Positions 10,001 through 18,419 of a DNA stretch of 64,000 nucleotides are shown piece by piece (the first letter of the stretch is position 1; every line of letters begins with the position of its first letter). The position numbers and the translations under genes are program-made. The notes beneath the pieces are model-generated. The model was not told the origin of the DNA. It saw nothing but the letters and a program-made list of their open reading frames with translations, and searched no databases. This DNA comes from an uncultured bacterium (GTDB lineage: Bacteria; CSSED10-310; CAZUFC01): the NCBI GenBank assembly GCA_964619725.1, contig CAZUFC010000006.1, forward strand, positions 67,521 to 131,520. The letters run 5' to 3'.

Positions 10001-11776
10001 TTATCTCCAGGGAACGTAGCTGAATGTAACGGAAGTGTAGGCGCCGAAAAGCCCCATTTCATCGGCATCGACCAACCCGGCATAGAATTTCAGTCCGTTG
10101 CCGGCGCCCGCATTCTCCGGCCAGTTGAATTCAAGGAGGATCAAGTCTTCAAGAGATTGCGGCTGGAGAATTTTGTATTCCGAATCAGGGGTGAGAGACC
10201 ATTCGGGCCAGTAAAATAGCATGCCGTATACGTCCAGAATGACATAATCGTACACGGCCTTTGGAACGGAATGCGTATTCACGGCTCTTTTTTGCAGCAG
10301 GAACAAGTCTTTCGGGTGAAACATGGTTTGATTTAAATTAAGGTAATTGCCGTCTTCATCCGGATAGACGGGTGTCGGCGTGAGTGTTCCCGGTCCCGGA
10401 GTGAAGGTATTGGACGGATAAGTGGGTGTACTTTGGCTTTGAGTCGGCGATGGAGTGGGAGTTCGGGTCGGCGTTTGAGTGTGCGCTCCAGTAGGGGTAT
10501 CGGTTGGAGTGCGTGTAGGGGTTGAGCTTGGAACCGGAGTGTTGTCGCCATAGAATCCGTCGTCGAATCGGAGAACCCTGGAGCGTTTCATGTTGTTGCC
10601 GCCTGTAGTGAATCCTCTGTGACGATCTACAAAAGCCCCATACATGCAAGCTGCCGCCACGGAAATGGGGTCCCTGAACCAGGACGCACCTCCGTCGAGA
10701 GTGTGCAGAATCGCACATTGAACGTCAAAACCTCCCGCTCCGAATCCGAAAGCCCAGCCTTCATTCGGACCGACAAACAGAACATCCGATAATCCGTGTT
10801 GGTTGCTGGAGGGATAATAAACTTCCTGCCACGTTTGTCCCCCGTCGGTCGTATGCAGAAGCAAAGACGTCAGATCAGCCTCCGCAGAGACCCACCCGTT
10901 CTGTGAATTTTTAAAATACAAATCATTCAGATAAAAACGCCCGTAATCTTCATACTGCTGCTCCCAGCTCTGGCCGCCGTCCGTCGTATGCAATATGACC
11001 GCCTCATATTGTTCTGATTTATATCCGGGAATATACGCTTCAGCAGGCAAGCGCAAAGGTTCGGGGTCATTCTCGTATCTCTTGTATAAAGAATAAATGC
11101 TTCCGATTCCTTCCTCCTTCGTCTTTCGCTCTCCCTCAGCAGTCCCACAGGGAACAGGCGTAGGGTCCTCCGGCCACATACCGCACGTCATCCATCCCTC
11201 ATTCGCATTGATGAAATAAACATACCGCGGCGGAGGATAAGAAGAATCAACAGGATATCCATGCCATGAAATGCCTCCGTCAGTCGATCTCTTGACGCCG
11301 CTCTTGTTCACTAGTAATCCCCACGTGCCCACCATCCAGACATGCTGTGCATCCAGGGCATAAACCGATTGAAACACCGTGATCGTATGACTGAATTGAA
11401 TCGGCAACCAGGTCGCTCCGCCGTCCGTTGTCCTCCCTCCAGCTCCTTCACTCGGAAAGCCTACCACCTTCGCTCCTGCTACAAATCCCACCTGATCCGT
11501 TGCCATGTCCATGTCGACCAGGAATACCGATAAGTCCATCCCCGAATACTGCAGCGTGAAATTTTCGCCTCCGTCAGACGAAAAATGTATCTGATTGGTA
11601 TTCGTCGCCTCATTCAATCCGCACAGCCATACCTTGTAGGGCGATGCGCAATCAATACTCAATGCGCTTAATCCCATTCCGAACTGATGCACTACCTGCC
11701 AGCCTTCCTGGGCATTGATACAGACGCCCCCCATTACGAGAAAAATACCTAAAACAGCGATTATGTGCCTGCTCAT
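10001..11776 (-). CDS. Secreted YCF48/BNR (Asp-box) repeat protein with Pro/Thr linker and C-terminal domain
   Basis: Signal peptide; repeated (S/T)(S/T)DGGxxW motifs; TPTRTPTDTPT linker. Confidence 0.85.
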   Translation of the reverse strand: MSRHIIAVLGIFLVMGGVCINAQEGWQVVHQFGMGLSALSIDCASPYKVWLCGLNEATNTNQIHFSSDGGENFTLQYSGMDLSVFLVDMDMATDQVGFVAGAKVVGFPSEGAGGRTTDGGATWLPIQFSHTITVFQSVYALDAQHVWMVGTWGLLVNKSGVKRSTDGGISWHGYPVDSSYPPPRYVYFINANEGWMTCGMWPEDPTPVPCGTAEGERKTKEEGIGSIYSLYKRYENDPEPLRLPAEAYIPGYKSEQYEAVILHTTDGGQSWEQQYEDYGRFYLNDLYFKNSQNGWVSAEADLTSLLLHTTDGGQTWQEVYYPSSNQHGLSDVLFVGPNEGWAFGFGAGGFDVQCAILHTLDGGASWFRDPISVAAACMYGAFVDRHRGFTTGGNNMKRSRVLRFDDGFYGDNTPVPSSTPTRTPTDTPTGAHTQTPTRTPTPSPTQSQSTPTYPSNTFTPGPGTLTPTPVYPDEDGNYLNLNQTMFHPKDLFLLQKRAVNTHSVPKAVYDYVILDVYGMLFYWPEWSLTPDSEYKILQPQSLEDLILLEFNWPENAGAGNGLKFYAGLVDADEMGLFGAYTSVTFSYVPWR

Positions 11777-11993
11777 TTCTTCCGCCTCCCATTAATATTT
11801 CTTTCTTATTATAGTTACCCGTCTGCAAACCGTCAAACAAAAGCCTTCTTTTTCGATCCGGTTCGCCTGGCAGCGCCGACGCTGTCGACCGCCGCCTAAA
11901 AGAGAAAATTTCGCCAAGCGCCCGGAAAATTAACGGATGGGAGCAATGTAATCATAAAAATTAAGGAACGGATCAGAAATTTCGGAAACCATA

Positions 11994-12105
11994 TGACATT
12001 TTTTGTCAATATTGCGCAAAACGGCGAAACCAGTGACAATTATATTTCTCTTTAATTTCAGCAACTTAATTGAAACGGCATGTAAAGACATGACAATTTA
12101 CGTCA
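11994..12105 (+). promoter_or_regulatory. Putative enhancer (PilR-like bEBP) binding sites
   Basis: TGACA-N5-TGTCA at 11994-12008, half-site TGACA at 12034, TGACA-N5-CGTCA at 12091-12105, upstream of the sigma54 promoter. Confidence 0.55.
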
Positions 12106-12183
12106 CTCGGCCTGCCTCCCCGAAACAAGCCTAAATGGGTTAACCTACTGTATTTTCAATATATTGGTTCATTTGTTCGAAGC

Positions 12184-12199
12184 CGGCACAGTAATTGCT
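12184..12199 (+). promoter_or_regulatory. Sigma54 (-24/-12) promoter of the pilin gene
   Basis: CGGCACAGTAATTGCT with exact GG-N10-GC spacing, about 60 nt before the ATG. Confidence 0.8.
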
Positions 12200-12261
12200 A
12201 TAAGTAAAGTCGCCTTTATCTTCCAAATGGCAGAATCAAAATAAAAAGGAGGTGACATTTA

Positions 12262-12735
12262 ATGAGAAGAGGCGACAAGGGTTTCACGTTGATCGAGTTA
12301 TTGATCGTTGTAGCGATTATTGGAATTATTGCGGCGATAGCGATTCCCAGTCTTCTGAGGTCCCGTATGTCCGCAAATGAAGCGGCCGCAATGGGAGGCT
12401 TGAAGACCATCGCAGCCGGCGAGACCGACTACAACAACAACTCACTGCCCCACACGTTTACCGGCGAGCTGGCTTGCCTGGGATCCGGTAACGGAGCCGG
12501 CAGCGTAGCCTTCATCGATCCGGCGTTAAAAGCTGGTTTGAAATCAGGTTATACGTACGAGCTGACAGGCGGTACGCCGGTTGGCGGCAGCATTTGGACG
12601 TGGTCTGCGACGGCTTGGCCTGTTGTTTATCAGAGCACGGGAATCAGAACTTTCTACATTGACGAAAGTGGTGTGATTCGCGGTCAGGATATCGACGGAG
12701 TCATGGGCACAGTTGCATTACGTTCAGTAGAGTAG
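12262..12735 (+). CDS. pilA: Type IV pilin (probable major pilin)
   Basis: Prepilin motif KG/FTLIELLIVVAIIGIIAAIAIP; strong RBS, own promoter and terminator. Confidence 0.85.
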   Translation: MRRGDKGFTLIELLIVVAIIGIIAAIAIPSLLRSRMSANEAAAMGGLKTIAAGETDYNNNSLPHTFTGELACLGSGNGAGSVAFIDPALKAGLKSGYTYELTGGTPVGGSIWTWSATAWPVVYQSTGIRTFYIDESGVIRGQDIDGVMGTVALRSVE

Positions 12736-12754
12736 TCGTACCATTAATACCGGT

Positions 12755-12787
12755 AAAACGGCGACCGTCAGGTCGCCGTTTTTTTTT
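12755..12787 (+). terminator. Rho-independent terminator
   Basis: AAAACGGCGACC-GTCA-GGTCGCCGTTTT followed by a T run. Confidence 0.9.
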
Positions 12788-13155
12788 GTCTAAAAATAAT
12801 GAGCCGCTCGAAGAAAAGTAAAGGTTCTGGCGTGATAGATCGGACATGCGCCCAGCATCCGCTCTGCCGACATCAACGCCTGTCCTCAATGGCGTGTTCC
12901 GCGAACAAGTTTCAATCAGAAATTTCAAAAGCGGAACGTTTCATGATGAAACGCTTGATAAGGTATAATCATGCGAAGCGGCCGCTCTGCATCCAATTAT
13001 AAATTATTGATAATAAAGTAAATTGGCGATATATTGAATTTTTTTTCAAGCCGTCGCCGGTTTTGTTTTGATTAAGGATGCGGTTTGAGGAAATAGCAGG
13101 AAACAATTTTTGTAGGGAAGTATAACAGGAACTTTTCAATGAAAGGAGTAACGCA

Positions 13156-13320
13156 ATGAGAAGATTATCAAGCGCGTTTTTACTGACGATTCTGCTGGGG
13201 TCGTCTGTGATGGCCGCGCCGGTGATTGAGCGTGCCGTAAATCAGGCTTGCAGTCAGAACGATTACGTCTTACAATTGGAACCGGCTCGAACCGAAAAGC
13301 GTGTGCGAGCTATTGACTAA
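13156..13320 (+). CDS. Small secreted protein (54 aa), absent from the ORF track
   Basis: RBS AAAGGAG; MRRLSSAFLLTILLGSSVMA-APVIERAVNQACSQNDYVLQLEPARTEKRVRAID*, translated by hand. Confidence 0.65.
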   Translation: MRRLSSAFLLTILLGSSVMAAPVIERAVNQACSQNDYVLQLEPARTEKRVRAID

Positions 13321-13344
13321 TGATTTATCTTAAAGGAGGGACAA

Positions 13345-13992
13345 ATGAAAATACTGCTTACGGGCTGCCTTATTTTTTCGATGATGGGAACTTCAGCGGC
13401 ATTCGGCTCAGAAGAGAATCCCGTCGTGGTCATCAAAACCAGCATGGGCGACATAACGGTCGAATTGAACAAGGAAAAAGCTCCTGTTACGGTAAAGAAT
13501 TTTCTGCGCTATGTGGATGAGGATTTCTATGACGGTACGATTTTTCACCGGGTGATTCCGGGATTCATGATCCAGGGCGGCGGATTTGAAATCGACGAAT
13601 CAGGTGAATTCGTGCAGAAGAAAACGCATGATCCCATAAAAAATGAGGCCGGGAATGGATTAACAAACGACAGGGGAACGATCGCCATGGCGAGAACGTC
13701 GGTCGTCGACAGCGCCACCGCCCAATTTTTCATCAACGTGGTCGACAACGTTTTCCTGAATCATAAAAACGACACGCCCCGCGATTACGGTTATGCCGTA
13801 TTCGGTAAAGTGATCGACGGGATGGATGTTGTGGATAAGATCAAAAGCGTTAAAACCGGCAGAAAAGGCCCGTTTCCTAAAGACGTTCCGCTTGAAACCG
13901 TGCTGATAAAGAGCATAAGCAGGAAAACAGCGGAGGCTGAACAAAAAGCCGGGGATAAAGAGAAGAAAATCAAAGAAACGAAAACGGAATAA
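13345..13992 (+). CDS. ppiA: Cyclophilin-type peptidyl-prolyl cis-trans isomerase, exported
   Basis: Signal peptide; [38 protein letters not shown]. Confidence 0.93.
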   Translation: MKILLTGCLIFSMMGTSAAFGSEENPVVVIKTSMGDITVELNKEKAPVTVKNFLRYVDEDFYDGTIFHRVIPGFMIQGGGFEIDESGEFVQKKTHDPIKNEAGNGLTNDRGTIAMARTSVVDSATAQFFINVVDNVFLNHKNDTPRDYGYAVFGKVIDGMDVVDKIKSVKTGRKGPFPKDVPLETVLIKSISRKTAEAEQKAGDKEKKIKETKTE

Positions 13993-14007
13993 CAAAAAAA
14001 TAGATAT

Positions 14008-14047
14008 AAAAAACCGGGAAAAGTCGTCGACTTTTCCCGGTTTTTTT
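14008..14047. terminator. Bidirectional rho-independent terminator
   Basis: A6-CCGGGAAAAGTC-GTC-GACTTTTCCCGG-T7 between convergent genes. Confidence 0.9.
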
Positions 14048-14059
14048 GTATTCGTTCGC

Positions 14060-16888
14060 TTATTTAAGAAGTGAATCAACGAAGTAATCGGAAGCGTAAC
14101 GTATGCTCATGTCCGGGAATTCCGGTGCGTTGTTCATGGATGCGTCTGCTTTGGTGAAGTGGAAAATCATGAAGTTGCCGTAGTGTCCGTTTTCGAAAAT
14201 CGGCAGGACCGTCCACAACCAGTATCCGGGTTCTATCAGGTCCCAACTGGACTGTGAGAGCGGAATTTCAGTAATGAAATGAGGTATTTCACCTGAATAA
14301 ACATCACCGAGGAACTCTCCGTCTTCACCGACCTGTGCCAGTCCTATAAGATAAGCTGCAGCGTTCAAATCCGGGTCCCAACTGAAAATAGGCGGTTCTT
14401 CCGCTCCAATGACCGAAAAATCTTCCGGCGTTCTCAGGACGACGCAATCGGTCGGCGCCATTGTGAATTCGAACATTTCGCTGTAATCGGTTATCTCCTG
14501 ACCGCCGGGATGATCAATGACCGCGACTTCCCACGCAATGGGACCCAGGTCTGAGATGACGTCCCAGGAGGGAAGCGGAACAGGATAGACTAATGTAGCC
14601 ATTCCGAAAACCCAGAAATAGTCGTCGGGCGAAAGGTCCAGAACCGTGGGCGCCGGTATTCCCTCCAAATAGAATTTAAGGCGGAAACAATTCTGGTGAT
14701 TGTTGCTCGACCAACTGAATTTAACTGTGCCGTCCTCCAGGTAGTAGTTCATCCATGCGCCGTTGAAAGGATAAATCAACGCAGGAGGAGCTGCAGGTCC
14801 AGGAGAAGTAAAGAAAGTCCATTCGAATGTGATGCAATTTTCATTATAATCGCAACCATGAACGATTACTATGTTCTCACTGTCCGGCGGTAAATCTTCC
14901 GGCGGATTGTAAAACACGTGATAACCATGATCGTCGACTTCTTCCATTTCCAGGTTCGTGGCTTCCATCCCGTTAACCGTCATGACGATGGTTTCAGGAT
15001 CAACCCCGACGCCTTCATCGATAATCATGAAATCTATCGGGGCATCAACAGGGACATCTGTCTGATTGGGCTCCGGATGAGGTTCAATAACAGCAGGAGG
15101 TTCCGTATCCTCTCCTCCTTCTCCAACGGTAAAGCTCCAGTGGAAAGGTTCCATGCAGTTGCCTGCGTTGTCGCAAGCTTCCAATCCTACTTCAATGACA
15201 GCTCCCAAATCAAACCCGTATTCGTTGTGATGAATTACGCGATATCCCATTTCGCCCAGTTCAAGCAGTTCAATATCAACTTCCGCACCATTGACCGACA
15301 TAACCACCGTGTCAGGATCGACTCCCGATACGCAGCCATATCCGTTTTCCTCGTGAAAATCAACGACATTAACAGCAATGTCGGCCATAACCGGCACATC
15401 TTCCGCTCCGTCCGGCGGCGTTTCAGCAAAAGCATAAGGCGGCCATTCGTCCTGTTGTCCTCCTTCTCCGGTTTTAAACCAGTATTCAAAGGGTTCCATG
15501 CAGTTGCCGGCGTTGTCGCAACCGTTAATGACCACTTCAATAACAGTATCTTCCGGAAACGGTTCATCATGGAAATAGGAGGCGATGAATCCGTTGCCGA
15601 AAGGTTCCAGTTCCAGGGGGACTTCGTTGCCGTTCAATCCAAGAGAAAGGCTGTCCGGATCGACTCCGGAGGCGCCATGGAGTTCCCATCCTGCGTCCAC
15701 TATCTTGAAGTGGACCGGTGCATTGACGTCGACATGCGTATGTCCCGGCGGCGGATGAACGAATACAACTTCGGGCGGTATCTCGTCCTCCGGCGGCTCA
15801 TCGTCGGAAACAGTGAACGAAAATGCGAACGTCTCCATGCAGTTGCCGGCATTGTCGCACGCGTTAATGCCTACCCATATCGTGCTTCCTGGTTCAAAAG
15901 GTTCGTGCTCATATATGATCAGAATCGAACCCATCTGATGCTGCTCTAAGTCAGGATCAACCTGTTCGTCGTTTACGTATAACTCAATCGTATCCGGATC
16001 GACTCCCGACCATTCGCCGCCCCACACCATGTCGGAAATCAGCGCCATGATGGGATGCCCAGGATTCACGTCTGTCGCTCCGTCCGGAGGATGCGTCTCC
16101 ATTACGAACGGAGGCGTCGTGTCGTCGCCGCCGCCTTCATGGATCGAAAACATGAACTCGTAAGTTTCCATGCAGTTCCCGGCCATATCGCAGGCATTCA
16201 GAGCCGCATAAACCGTACTGCCCTCTTCAAAGGGCGCTTCATGTTCGTAAAATACTTCAACGCTGCCATGATAATGTTCAAAAATTTCAACCTCTACAAG
16301 TTCCTCGTTAACAAAAAGCTCAACCGATTCAAGGTCTACGCCGCTCCATTCTCCGCCCCAAACCATGTCGCCGATTATCGCCGTGATAGGATGATCCGGG
16401 GGCACCCCGATTTGTCCGTCTTCGGGATGGGTCTCCAAAACGTACGGTGGAGTCGTATCATCACCGGGACCTCCATTCCCTACCTCAAACCAGTATTCAT
16501 AAGGCTCCATGCAGTTGCCCGCATTGTCGCACGCCGAAACCGTCACATAAACCGGTCCCTCTTCAAACGGCTCATGCTCGTAATAAAGAAACAACGCGCC
16601 GAATCCATGTCCCTCCATCCACGGCTCTACTAAAGCCTCATTAATATAAAGCTCCACCGTTTCCGGGTTCACTCCGCTGCCGGGCTCCCCAGGCATGCTG
16701 TCCGATAAAAGCAGCATTACCGGCTCGCCAGGTGAGACTCCCGTCTGCTCAGCCTCCGGAATCGTGTAAACTACAAAAGGCGGTTCCTGGTCGTCGCCTC
16801 CGACTATTACTCCCGCAAACGCATTAACCGCCGTTAACATGATGAGAAGCGCCAGACAACCCAACCCTTTGGTGAAAAATTGCTTCAT
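14060..16888 (-). CDS. Secreted acidic protein with six Ig-like (Big_5-like) repeats
   Basis: Signal peptide; six ~110-aa repeats (D..PP.V..T.P...SGVDP...CDxAGNCME); C-terminal module shared with the adjacent gene. Confidence 0.8.
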   Translation of the reverse strand: MKQFFTKGLGCLALLIMLTAVNAFAGVIVGGDDQEPPFVVYTIPEAEQTGVSPGEPVMLLLSDSMPGEPGSGVNPETVELYINEALVEPWMEGHGFGALFLYYEHEPFEEGPVYVTVSACDNAGNCMEPYEYWFEVGNGGPGDDTTPPYVLETHPEDGQIGVPPDHPITAIIGDMVWGGEWSGVDLESVELFVNEELVEVEIFEHYHGSVEVFYEHEAPFEEGSTVYAALNACDMAGNCMETYEFMFSIHEGGGDDTTPPFVMETHPPDGATDVNPGHPIMALISDMVWGGEWSGVDPDTIELYVNDEQVDPDLEQHQMGSILIIYEHEPFEPGSTIWVGINACDNAGNCMETFAFSFTVSDDEPPEDEIPPEVVFVHPPPGHTHVDVNAPVHFKIVDAGWELHGASGVDPDSLSLGLNGNEVPLELEPFGNGFIASYFHDEPFPEDTVIEVVINGCDNAGNCMEPFEYWFKTGEGGQQDEWPPYAFAETPPDGAEDVPVMADIAVNVVDFHEENGYGCVSGVDPDTVVMSVNGAEVDIELLELGEMGYRVIHHNEYGFDLGAVIEVGLEACDNAGNCMEPFHWSFTVGEGGEDTEPPAVIEPHPEPNQTDVPVDAPIDFMIIDEGVGVDPETIVMTVNGMEATNLEMEEVDDHGYHVFYNPPEDLPPDSENIVIVHGCDYNENCITFEWTFFTSPGPAAPPALIYPFNGAWMNYYLEDGTVKFSWSSNNHQNCFRLKFYLEGIPAPTVLDLSPDDYFWVFGMATLVYPVPLPSWDVISDLGPIAWEVAVIDHPGGQEITDYSEMFEFTMAPTDCVVLRTPEDFSVIGAEEPPIFSWDPDLNAAAYLIGLAQVGEDGEFLGDVYSGEIPHFITEIPLSQSSWDLIEPGYWLWTVLPIFENGHYGNFMIFHFTKADASMNNAPEFPDMSIRYASDYFVDSLLK

Positions 16889-17066
16889 TCTTTAACCTCC
16901 TTAATCGACATTTACTTTACCCCATTTTCATTATTATGAAAAACTTTCAAAAAAATCAAATCGCTGACTAAATAGCCCCTTACCCTATCCGATTCGTTTC
17001 CCGCAGTGATCTTTTTCTTGCTTGCATCACTCTCCTTTCTGTTTAAGATGTCGAAGACGGTTCTCA

Positions 17067-18158
17067 CTATTCATCCTCCGACTTTCGAAATTGTCTCAAC
17101 ATATAAGATGAAAATTCCCCATCCATTCGCATTGAAATTACTGTCCATACCCATCTGCCCTCTGCTATTCCGCTCCAGTTCTGTATCGAGACAGGCAGTT
17201 CCGTTACGAATAAAGGCAGCATCGCCGAATAACTATTTCCCGTGAAGTCGCCGTTCTCATCTACCTGCGCCAGAGCGAAAATATAACCCAAACTCCGGTT
17301 GTCTATCTCCCACCGGAACGTCGGCGCCTGACGGCTTGACAATAAAGCCCCGTCAGCCGGCAATATCAACGTTACAGCATCGGTAGCCGCAAATACGAAA
17401 TCCTGTTCCTCGGAATAAGGCTGCTGACTTTCGCCGCTTGCACAATCTGCAGACGTCACTCGCCAACTGTATCCCATCTCGTTCGTCAATTCGTTCCAGG
17501 TCGCCTCGCACAATCCGCCCACTTCAATCGTACATATCCCGAATGCTTCGTCATAATCCTCCTGTCCGATATCCCATAAATATTCCATCTCACTCGCCTT
17601 ATCAAGTAAAGACATTCGATAACACTCGCTCAACTTCGATTCCGTCCAACTGAACCTGATCACTCCCAATGCCGTACTATAATCTATCCATGTTCCCTCC
17701 GTCGGAAAAATCGGCACCAACGCATAATCAGACTTCGAATCCGATATTCGAAACTTCCAACCGTCCATCATTAAATTGCCGGCATTGTCCGCCGCCGTCG
17801 TGCTTATCTCTATCCATTCCCCGCTTTCAAAATCCTCCGGCGGCTCATACACTATCTTCGCCTCACTGAAATCTTCCGACATCTCAATTATCGGCTCCAC
17901 TACCGTCTCCTCTATCTCGATGTATATGCTCTCAGCATTCAATCCCTGACCGTCGTCAACTATCAATACCGTTATCGACGTATGAGGCGATATGTCCTCC
18001 GATTCCGGGGGAGGCAACGGCGATGCAAGATAAGGGGGAGCCTGATCCCTTCCCTGTACCGTCGCAGCTATGATAAAAATGAAAAATAAAACGACAGCAA
18101 AAACTCCTGGCTGCCTGTGACTTCTTTTGATCTTCTGTTTTGTTTTTTCAGGATTCAT
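17067..18158 (-). CDS. Paralog of the adjacent protein with one Ig-like repeat
   Basis: DQAPPYL...ADNAGNLM repeat; C-terminal module matches the 942-aa protein (FSW, LAQVDENGDF vs LAQVGEDGEF, WVWTV vs WLWTV). Confidence 0.75.
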   Translation of the reverse strand: MNPEKTKQKIKRSHRQPGVFAVVLFFIFIIAATVQGRDQAPPYLASPLPPPESEDISPHTSITVLIVDDGQGLNAESIYIEIEETVVEPIIEMSEDFSEAKIVYEPPEDFESGEWIEISTTAADNAGNLMMDGWKFRISDSKSDYALVPIFPTEGTWIDYSTALGVIRFSWTESKLSECYRMSLLDKASEMEYLWDIGQEDYDEAFGICTIEVGGLCEATWNELTNEMGYSWRVTSADCASGESQQPYSEEQDFVFAATDAVTLILPADGALLSSRQAPTFRWEIDNRSLGYIFALAQVDENGDFTGNSYSAMLPLFVTELPVSIQNWSGIAEGRWVWTVISMRMDGEFSSYMLRQFRKSEDE

Positions 18159-18419
18159 ATTCTCATCCTTTCCCGGCTATTCAAGTAGCAATTCGCATGC
18201 CGGCCCTTGTCTTACCTTGATTGAAGAACCGTCTCTTTTGTTGATGCTCTGTTTTTTTCGATTAAGCCTCTTGTTTTGTAAATATTTCGAACTTTCTTTT
18301 TCGCTATGATGACAAAAGGGCGCATAAGCCGTATAATAAACGTTCAAATGTTTTATTATTCTTTTATTTTATTTGTTTTAAGCATGACAATAAGCGTATA
18401 AAAAGCGAACTTTCTTTCG

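Noticed and set aside
14918-15949. 343-aa plus-strand ORF and other long antisense ORFs (e.g. 21387-22232, 56869-57492, 58390-59019)
   Set aside because: Shadows of well-supported genes on the opposite strand, with no motifs
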